The position numbers and the translations under genes are program-made. The notes under the pieces are model-generated. The model was not told the origin of the DNA. It worked only from the letters and a program-made list of their open reading frames with translations, and did not search any database. DNA of 10,269 bases from Octopus sinensis (Eukaryota), in NCBI RefSeq assembly GCF_006345805.1, contig NW_021827472.1, forward strand, positions 1 to 10,269, written 5' to 3'. Shown here piece after piece: positions 1-6,731 of the stretch (the first letter of the stretch is position 1; each line of letters opens with the position of its first letter).

Positions 1-257
1 TTTCATGTGGCATCATGCATGGGTGCTTTTACATGGCACCAGCATGAATGATCTTTGTGTGGCACCAAGTATTGGTGCTTTTACGTGGCACTAGCACAGG
101 TGATTTATACATGGTACCAGCATGGATGCATCTTTGTGACACCAACATGGGTCCTTTATGTGTGGCATGAGCACAGATGCTTTTTACATGGCACCAGCAT
201 GGGTGCATTATATATGTAGCACCAACACGGGTGCTTTTTTTTACATGGCACCAGCAT
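1..257. repeat. 26-bp minisatellite (~10 units, consensus ~GGGTGCTTTTTACRTGGCACCAGCAY) with a ~77-bp three-unit higher-order period
   Basis: GGCACC-like anchors at 9, 35, 61, 87, 113, 138, 164, 190, 218, 247 (spacing 25-29 bp). The array may continue beyond the left window edge. Confidence 0.9.
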
Positions 258-396
258 CTGCCAGCTCAATAATTGAAAAATCAGAGACAGAACTTCAAGT
301 GTACAATGGAAGACGAAAGTCAAGAGTGCTTGAAACATTCATCTGAACGATTAACCCTTAAACATTCAGATTACTTTATGAAATATAATGCTTATA

Positions 397-820
397 GGCG
401 TAGGAGTGGCTGTGTGGTAAGTAGCTTGCTTACCAACCACATGGTTCCGGGTTCAGTTCCACTGCGTGGCATCTTGGGCAAGTGTCTTTTATTAAGGCCT
501 CAGCCGACCAAAGCCTTGTGCATGGATTTGGTAGAAGGAAGCTGAAAGAAGATTGTTGTATATATGTAGATATATATATATATATATATAGTATGTGTGT
601 GTATATGTTTGTGTGTCTGTGTTTGTCCCCCCCAACATCGCTTGACAGCCGATGTTGGTGTGTTTACGTCCCTGTAACTTAGCGGTTCAGCAAAAGAGAC
701 CGATAGAATAAGTACACGGCTTACAAAGAATAATTCCTGGGGTCGATATGCTCAACTAAAGGCGGTGCTCCAACATGGTCACAGTCAAATGACTGAAACA
801 AGTAAAAGAGTAAAAGAGTA
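397..820 (+). mobile_element. tRNA-derived SINE, family A (full length, internal TA/TG microsatellite, GTAAAAGA-repeat tail)
   Basis: A box TGGCTGTGTGG at 407-417, B box GGTTCAGTTCC at 450-460, CORE-like CTTGGGCAAGTG segment after the head. Colinear second copy at 7934-8345. Confidence 0.9.
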
Positions 821-832
821 TTTGTTCACATT

Positions 833-1139
833 CATTATCATCATCATCATCAACATCACCATCATCATCATCATCATCATCATCATAATCATCATCATCA
901 TCATTCAATGTCTGCTTCCTATGCTGGTGTAGGTTGGATGGTTTGACATGAGCTGGCTAAGCAGAAGACTGCACCATACTTCATTGTCTCTTTTGGCATG
1001 GTTTTCATGACTGGGTGCTTCTTCCTAATGCCGACTACCCTACAGAGTGGCCTGAGTGCTTTTTACATGGCACTAGCTCAGCCTAGATCAGTTCTGGCAT
1101 GGTTTTCTCAGACGGACATCAACCACTTCACAGTGGCCA
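833..1139 (-). mobile_element. Degenerate (GAT)n-tailed non-autonomous retroelement, family B1 (tail is the CAT array at 833-905), with a partial internal duplication at ~1095-1137
   Basis: Homologous to the copies at 1583-1786, 5367-5594, 6079-6348 (minus) and 9598-9740 (plus). Confidence 0.8.
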
Positions 1140-1273
1140 GTTTTGGATTAATCATGCATTATCTTGTAGCTTCAAAAATCAATGTCATTGTTTATTTTTA
1201 GAATGGTATTGCAGAGAAGGTATGAGAGGTTGGATCTGGCCAGTTTGAACATAAAATAAGGTAGGATATATAT

Positions 1274-1427
1274 AAGGCTATGTAGTTAAGAAATTTGCTT
1301 TCCAACCACATGGTTTTAGGTTCTATTCCATTGCTTGGTACCTCAAGCAAATGTTCTGTTCTATATCACTGCACCAACGAAAGGGCTTCAGGAATTAATT
1401 TTGAAGACAGAAACTGAAAGAAGCCTG

Positions 1428-1430
<3 letters not shown>
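1274..1430 (+). mobile_element. Degenerate 5' part of family A SINE
   Basis: CCAACCACATGGTT...GGTTCTATTCC...GAAACTGAAAGAAGCCTGTCATATA matches 407-560 and 7944-8100. Confidence 0.7.
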
Positions 1431-1461
<31 letters not shown>

Positions 1462-1582
1462 CAATATCATATTATATTTTATAACATTAATATAATGTCC
1501 ACAGTTTAGGGCTCAAACACACAAATGAAAAAATGGATACACACACATATATATACACATCTATTATATATATATATATATA

Positions 1583-1786
1583 TCATCATTGTCATCCTCA
1601 TCATTTAGCATCTGCTTTCCATGCTGTCATGGGTTGGATGATTTGACTGAGGACTGGCAAGCCAGGAGGCTGCACCAGGCTCCAGTCTAATCTGGCAAGG
1701 TTTCTACAGCTGAATGTCCTTCCAAACACCAAGCACTCCAAGAGTGGGTGCTTTTTGTGTGCCACTGGCACAGGAGCCAGTCAGGC
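1583..1786 (-). mobile_element. (GAT)n-tailed family B1 element
   Basis: CATCAT...CTGCTTTCCATGC...GGGTTGGA...GACTGAGGACTGGCAAGCCAGGAGGCTGCACCAGGCTCC; nearly colinear with 6110-6290. Confidence 0.88.
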
Positions 1787-1795
1787 ATGTATATA

Positions 1796-1837
1796 CATAG
1801 AAAGCGGATGTTAAATGACAACAATGATGATGATGAT
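1796..1837 (+). mobile_element. Extreme 3' tail fragment of family B element
   Basis: CATAGAAAGCGGATGTTAAATGAC...(GAT)n matches 9702-9740. Confidence 0.7.
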
Positions 1838-1867
1838 ATATATATGTATATATATATATATATATAT

Positions 1868-2250
1868 AATATTAAATTAGAGATAAAACCACTATTAGCC
1901 CAATCATACAATGAAAAACTTAAACCAATACATAGATTATTTAATTTATATTATTTAAATATATAACAAAATTATTAAAAAAATAAATTAATATAACCTA
2001 CCAATCGTTTCATGGCTGTTAATTTCATTGATTAAACCTCGCAATTTAATATTTAAACCACCTGATGAATGACTGTAACTCGAAATTTAAAGAAATTAAC
2101 AGCCATGAAACGATCGTAGTGTTATATTAATTATATTTTTTTAATAATTTTGTTATATATTTAAGTAATATAAATTAAATAATCTTATGTATTGGCTTAA
2201 GTTTTTCATTGTATGATTTGCCTATAGTGGTTTTATCTCTAATTAATATA
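1868..2250. repeat. Long AT-rich inverted repeat / foldback (arms 1868-2026 and 2092-2250, 65-bp spacer)
   Basis: The reverse complement of 2092-2250 aligns to 1868-2026 at roughly 90% by hand count, e.g. ATCGTTTCATGGCTGTTAATTTC vs GAAATTAACAGCCATGAAACGAT. Confidence 0.92.
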
Positions 2251-2332
2251 ATATAATTTTTTACTATAAAATTGGATTCAATCCTAAATCTGATTTTTCC
2301 CTGTAAGTTTGGATTTATTCCCTAATATTTAT

Positions 2333-2376
<44 letters not shown>

Positions 2377-2406
2377 GTATGTATGAATGTATGAATATAT
2401 ATATGT

Positions 2407-2695
2407 ATAGTTTCTATATTAAGAGATGAGGAATAATGCACATTATTTACATCTGATGGATATTTGTCCTCATCTTGTTTGATCTTAACACAACATTTCG
2501 GCTGATATACCCTCCAGCCTTCATCAGGTGTCTTGGAGAAATTTTCGAACTTGGGTTCTCATTCCTAGGGTATTTTTCAATGTTATTATTATCATCCTCA
2601 TCATCATCATTATTATTATTATTCAAGTCACTGTCTGGAATCGAACTTGGAATCTTGGAGTTAGTAGCCCATGCTCTTAACCTCTACGCCATATG
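2407..2695 (-). mobile_element. tRNA-headed SINE-like element with internal (TAA/GAT)n tract and a 3' hammerhead-bearing (Penelope-like) module; near full-length copy
   Basis: On the minus strand: A box TGGCGTAGAGG (2691-2681), B box GTTCGATTCC (2646-2637), anticodon-arm-like ATGGGCTACTAACTCCA, microsatellite 2583-2623, hammerhead 2532-2487, terminal 9-bp hairpin 2424-2475. Confidence 0.8.
2487..2532 (-). ncRNA. Minimal type I hammerhead ribozyme motif (predicted cleavage between 2492 and 2491)
   Basis: Minus strand reads GACAC-CUGAUGA-A-GGCUG-GAGGGUAUAU-CAGCC-GAAA-UG-U-U-GUGUU: intact core boxes, perfect 5-bp stem II, 5-bp stem I, loopless stem III. Confidence 0.78.
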
Positions 2696-2743
2696 CTACC
2701 AAGATTATAAGTTCAATTCCAGGCAGAAACCTGAATAATAATA

Positions 2744-2782
<39 letters not shown>

Positions 2783-2923
2783 TCGAAAAATATCTTAGGA
2801 ATGAGAACCCAGGTTTGAAAATTCCCCAAGACACCTGATGAAGGCTAGAGAGTATATCAGCTGAAACATTGTGTTAATAACAAGCAAGATGAGGACAAAT
2901 ATCTGTGAATTGTAAATAATGTA
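2694..2923 (+). mobile_element. Second, 5'-truncated copy of the hammerhead-bearing SINE, divergent (head-to-head) to the first
   Basis: Starts within the anticodon arm (GCTACCAAGATT), B box GTTCAATTCC at 2711-2720, (AAT)n at 2735-2780, body about 85% identical to the reverse complement of 2440-2582. Confidence 0.82.
2830..2875 (+). ncRNA. Decayed minimal type I hammerhead motif
   Basis: GACAC-CUGAUGA-A-GGCUA-GAGAGUAUAU-CAGCU-GAAA-CA-U-U-GUGUU. Core and stem I are intact; stems II and III are damaged by transitions. Confidence 0.68.
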
Positions 2924-2950
2924 TATATGTATATATATATATATATATAT

Positions 2951-3220
2951 AATATTATTATATTACATTATTGCTAGCGGCAATATATATCCAAGTGTTT
3001 ATTTTCTTCTTTGCTGAACGTTTCCTGTATGGTGATGGCATTCATGACTCTGTAGACCAATTCTTGCTTAGAAGAGTTGATGGCATTGACTGTATGGCAA
3101 TGTTGGTGGAGGACGAGGTTGATTTTGTTGGGCCTTTCTCTCCTGTCATTTGAGTTCTTCCTCTTCTCTTCTGGTGACTTTGAAGTTTTTGGTTCTGATG
3201 GTGATGGAATGCTTAAACTT
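2951..3220 (-). pseudogene. Decayed 3' end of an RTE-clade LINE ORF (C-terminal C2H2 zinc finger) with short 3' UTR and TAA-like tail
   Basis: Frame 3217->2999 reads FKHSITIRTKNFKVTRREEEELK*QERKAQQNQPRPPPTLPYSQCHQLF*ARIGLQSHECHHHTGNVQQRRK*. It has [C>Y]x2Cx12Hx3H spacing with the RTE-type (R)xRIGLxSH motif. In-frame stops at 3148-3146 and 3070-3068. AATAAT-like tail at 2951-2972. Confidence 0.75.
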
Positions 3221-3229
3221 GGGATGGTC

Positions 3230-3310
3230 AGAGAGAGAGGGACAGAGTGGGGGAGAGAGAGGGAGGGGAGAGATAGATATATGGATAGATAAATAGATAG
3301 ATAGTTAGAT
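3230..3310. repeat. (GA)n/(GATA)n simple repeat
   Basis: Directly visible. Confidence 0.9.
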
Positions 3311-3345
3311 GTGTGGATATGGATATTTGCATGTAAATGTGAGCG

Positions 3346-3541
3346 CGTTAGCATGCCGGGCGAAATGCTTAGCGGTATTTCGTCTGTCTTTATGTTTTGA
3401 GTTCAAATTCCACAGAGGCCGACTTTGGCTTTCATCCTTTCAGAGTCGATAAATTAAGCACCAGTTGCATACAGGAGTTGAACTAATTGACTGGCCCCTT
3501 CCCCAAAAATTTCGGGCCTTGTGCCTAGAGTAGAAAAGAAT
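3346..3541 (+). mobile_element. tRNA-derived SINE, family C (A box lost by 5' truncation)
   Basis: B box GTTCAAATTCC at 3401-3411, followed by GACTTTGGCTTTCATCCTTTCAGAGTCGATAAATTAAGCACCAG, a central domain of the type shared by many animal SINEs. Ends TAGAAAAGAAT. Confidence 0.75.
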
Positions 3542-3564
3542 GTGTGTTTAGGTTCATCTCTTTG

Positions 3565-3826
3565 TCTTGAGTATCACTGCTATAACAGGTAGTGTCATTC
3601 ATTTCCAATCTTCTGGGAAAACATGTCTGGCCATGAGGAAATATTAGCTTACTTGGAAACAGGTGAGGGTTAGTGAAAGGGAGGGCACCCAGCTGCAGAA
3701 AATCTGCCTTGATAAATTCCATCCACTCCAAGCGAGCATGGAAAAGCAGACATTGAAAAGATGACAATAAAGATGATGATGATGATGATCTTGGTGGTGG
3801 TGATGATGGTGATGATGGTGATGATT
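3565..3826 (+). mobile_element. (GAT)n-tailed element, family B2 body and tail
   Basis: GGTGAGGGTTAGTGAAAGGGAGGGCACCCAGCTGCAGAAAATCT matches 5175-5218. CATGGAAAAGCAGACATTGAA...(GAT)n matches the tail at 9702-9740. Confidence 0.75.
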
Positions 3827-3833
3827 ACAAACA

Positions 3834-3883
3834 CATGCATACACATACATGCACACACACGCGTGCACGCACACACACGCGTG

Positions 3884-3920
<37 letters not shown>
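3834..3920. repeat. (CA)n compound microsatellite
   Basis: Directly visible. Confidence 0.95.
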
Positions 3921-3922
<2 letters not shown>

Positions 3923-4189
3923 TATTGAGGTTAATTACTTCGAGGCATCATCCAAATGAAAAGAAAAAAAGAAAGACCCAATAATTAAGTTAGGGTTACT
4001 TTAATTAATGCAAGGTGCAGCACCAAAATGTAATTAAAAATTTGTTTGAAAGACACAAAATAGTTTCCAGTTTTACTTCATGGTTTAGTGACTAACAACA
4101 TGGAGGGCGTCCAGGTGTAAAAGAATAATTACTTCAACAAAGACATCGCAGCTATTTATGCTGAACATGGAAAGAGTGTGCATGCATGC

Positions 4190-4526
4190 TTGCATGTATG
4201 TATATATAATGTAAACATGTATATGTATATATATCTATATATATTTATATATCTATATATATTTATGTATCTATATATGTATATAAATATATGTATATAT
4301 CTTATATACATAGGTATGTATACATATATGTATATATAGGTATGAATGTATGTGTATATATATGTGTGTGTATATATGTATATATGTATGTACATATATA
4401 TATATATATATGTGTATGTATATATATATATGTATGCACGTATGTATGTGTGTATATACATTTATATATATGTATGTATGTATGTATGTGTATATATATG
4501 TATGTATGTATACGTGTGTGTATATA

Positions 4527-4571
<45 letters not shown>

Positions 4572-4603
4572 CATGTATGTGTATATATATGTATGTATGT
4601 ATA

Positions 4604-4635
<32 letters not shown>

Positions 4636-4685
4636 CATATATTTATATATGTGTATGCATGTTTGTATACATGTGTTATTATATA

Positions 4686-4731
<46 letters not shown>

Positions 4732-4772
4732 TTATGCATGGATGTAGTGTGTGCGTGTAGGTATGTATATAT
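4190..4772. repeat. ~580-bp compound (TA)n/(TATG)n/(TG)n microsatellite
   Basis: Directly visible; it accounts for all the YI/YV-rich ORFs. Confidence 0.95.
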
Positions 4773-5218
4773 GTGGCTCAGGCAAGGTTCCATGGTAAGA
4801 AGTTTGCTTCACAATCATGTGGTTCCAAGTTCAATCCCACTGTTTGGCACCTTGGGCAAGTGTCTTCCGCTATAGTCCCAGGCAAACAAGGCCTTGTGAA
4901 TGGATTTGGTAGATGGAAACTGAAAGAAACCCATCATGTTAATATATGTGTTTGTATGCGTGTGTGTGTGTGTGTGTGCATGTGTGTGTGTGTGCCTGCG
5001 TGTGTGTGCATGTGTGTGTGTGTGTGTGTGCATGTGTGTGTGTGCGAGTGTGTATTTGTGAGTGTGTGTGTCCTTTTAACATTGTGTAACTGTCTTATGA
5101 ACAGTCTCCTTCGTTTCTGATATTCCGCAAGAACATATCTGACCATGGAGAAAATATTCCTCTGCTTGGAAGGAGGTGAGGGTTGGTGACAGGAAATGCA
5201 TCCAGCTGTAGAAAATCT
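4773..5218 (+). mobile_element. Composite SINE: family A tRNA head, (TG)n spacer, family B2 body, 3' truncated
   Basis: 4773-4935 matches the family A head (B box GTTCAATCCC, CTTGGGCAAGTG, GGAAACTGAAAGAA). 5107-5218 matches 3590-3708. Confidence 0.72.
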
Positions 5219-5244
5219 TTTTGTTTTTTTCTTTCTTTTTTTGT

Positions 5245-5322
5245 AAAACTGGTACTTATACTATTGGCTTCTTATCCTAAACTGCTGAATTACATGGGTA
5301 TAAACAAACCAACACCAGTCAA
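5245..5322 (-). mobile_element. Fragment of the family A 3' module
   Basis: Reverse complement CTGGTGTTGGTTTGTTTATACCCATGTAATTCAGCAGTTTAGGATAAGAAGCCAATAGTATAAGTACCAG parallels 650-720 and 8180-8245. Confidence 0.6.
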
Positions 5323-5366
5323 GTAGTGCATAGGATGACAAATAGTGACACATAGACACTCACTGA

Positions 5367-5594
5367 CATCATCGCTTAACGTCTGCATTTCCATGCTGGC
5401 ATGAGTTGGACGTTTTGACTGATGAGTGGCAAGCCAGGAGGCTGCATCAGGCTCCAGTCTGATCTGGCAAAATTTCTACAGCTGGATGCCCTCCCTAACT
5501 CTAACCACACCAAGAGTGTAGTGAATACCTTTTACGTGCCACTGGCATGGAAGCCAGTCAGGCAGCACTGGCATCAACCATGCTTGAACGGTGC
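5367..5594 (-). mobile_element. (GAT)n-tailed family B1 element
   Basis: Colinear with 1598-1786 and 6110-6348. It explains most of the 5422-5739 ORF. Confidence 0.85.
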
Positions 5595-6078
5595 AGAAAT
5601 ATTTATAAACAAAACATTCAAACCATGTGCTGTATTTTTGGTGCAAAACAAGACCAGTACATTAATGGAATATAACGTGATGGCACTGAATTTTTACTGG
5701 GTGGTCTGCACTGAAAAAGCTCAAGGATTAGAATTCTAAAAGCCAAAACACAGACATGTAGATGTCCTAAACGTCATAATCTTTCATAATTGTGCTTTTG
5801 AATATATTAATTCTTTCTGTTTCCTCACCTTCTGTTATTTCTCTGTTACCTTTGGTGCTTTATGGTGGTTCAATTGAGACTTTAACTGTTATTTCTAGCA
5901 GGTTGATGCTTTTCTGCATCCTTATGCTTCATACTGATTTATAATTTGAACCACCTATGTTACTACTGTTGATACCATTAATTTAGAATTTTTCCACATA
6001 TGTAACACTAGTAACATCTTATTTCAAACCTTAGTGTTTGAATGTTTTGTTTATGTATATATATATATATATATACAC

Positions 6079-6346
6079 CATCATCATCATCATCATCATC
6101 ATTATATTCATCGTTGTTTAACGTCCGCTGTTCATGCTGGCATGGGTTAGATGATTTGACTGAGGACTGGCAAGCCGGGAGGCTGCACCAAGTTCCAATC
6201 TGATCTAGCAAAGTTTAAATAGCTGGATGAACTTCCTAATGCCAACCACTCCAAGAGTGTAGTGAGTGCTTTTTACATGCCACAGGCGGTACTGGCATTG
6301 ATCATGGTCAAATGGTGCTTCTTACGTGTCACTGGCACCGGAGCCA

Positions 6347-6348
<2 letters not shown>
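6079..6348 (-). mobile_element. (GAT)n-tailed family B1 element
   Basis: (CAT)n, then TTTAACGTCCGCTGTTCATGCTGGCATGGGTT...CTGGATGAACTTCCTAATGCCAACCACTCC; reverse-complement match to 9598-9740. Confidence 0.88.
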
Positions 6349-6392
<44 letters not shown>

Positions 6393-6393
<1 letters not shown>

Positions 6394-6682
6394 GAGGCGC
6401 AATGGCCCAGTGGTTAGGGCAGCGGACTCATGGTTGTAGGATCAGTTTCGATTCCCAGACCGGGCATTGTGAGCAAAAACACCTAAAGCTCCACAAGGCT
6501 CTAGCCGGAGGGGGGGGGCTCTGCTGTACTCTTCCGCCACAACTTTCTCTCACTCTTTCTTCTGTTGACCTGCTCACTTAGCCAGCGAGGTGGCATTATT
6601 TGAAGGTTAAAATAATGCGAAGCGCATTGTGACCAGCGATGTGTAGCAGCATCTATTAGCCTGGTCAGTCACGGAGATCACA

Positions 6683-6686
<4 letters not shown>
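6393..6686 (+). mobile_element. tRNA-derived SINE, family D, flanked on both sides by (TA)n
   Basis: A box TGGCCCAGTGG at 6403-6413, B box-like GTTTCGATTCCC at 6445-6456, 3' stem-loop-rich tail (GTGACCAG...CTGGTC). Confidence 0.78.
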
Positions 6687-6716
<30 letters not shown>

Positions 6717-6731
6717 TCCAATGAACTTTCA

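Larger units (their letters stand above)
351..1268. mobile_element. Fragmented TTAA-CCC-terminated (piggyBac-like) MITE remnant in three pieces (351-395, 821-832, 1140-1268), split by nested SINE insertions
   Basis: Starts TTAACCCT at 351. The three non-SINE pieces join into a sequence I recall as a common octopus MITE. The right TIR is not visible, so the call rests partly on recalled consensus. Confidence 0.45.

Noticed and set aside
1-257. CRISPR-like array (palindromic repeat units)
   Set aside because: Units are contiguous and degenerate with no unique spacers, the context is eukaryotic, and there are no cas genes.
1647-1670. CTGAGGA-CTGG-CAAG-CCAG in family B1 copies (also CTGATGA at ~5418 and CTGAGGA at ~6160) as a hammerhead
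   Set aside because: The hairpin is followed by GAGG or GGAGG rather than the invariant GAAA, and there is no stem I/III arrangement.
2637-2695. Functional tRNA gene (also the tRNA-like heads at 397, 6393 and 7934)
   Set aside because: There is no complete acceptor stem or cloverleaf, and each runs directly into a repeat body, so these are SINE heads.
2974-3354. 126-aa minus-strand ORF as a host gene or terminal exon
   Set aside because: The N-terminus is GATA/GA microsatellite, and the rest overlaps a different frame with a clear RTE zinc-finger signature.
4071-4114. Possible 44-nt micro-exon (LLHGLVTNNMEGVQ) between AG and GT
   Set aside because: The polypyrimidine tract and the donor (GTGTAA) are both weak, and the peptide is not recognised.
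3920-4140. Degenerate ~17-bp inverted repeats suggesting a MITE
   Set aside because: There are several mismatches in AT-rich sequence, which is within chance expectation.
4156-5146. Long YI/YV/HT-rich ORFs (up to 194 aa)
   Set aside because: They are translations of TA/TG/TATG microsatellites; the same applies to the ORFs at 3644-3918, 6729-7065, 7414-7821 and 8344-8673.
5422-5739. 105-aa plus-strand ORF
   Set aside because: The first half is the antisense of a family B1 element, and the remainder has no recognisable motif.
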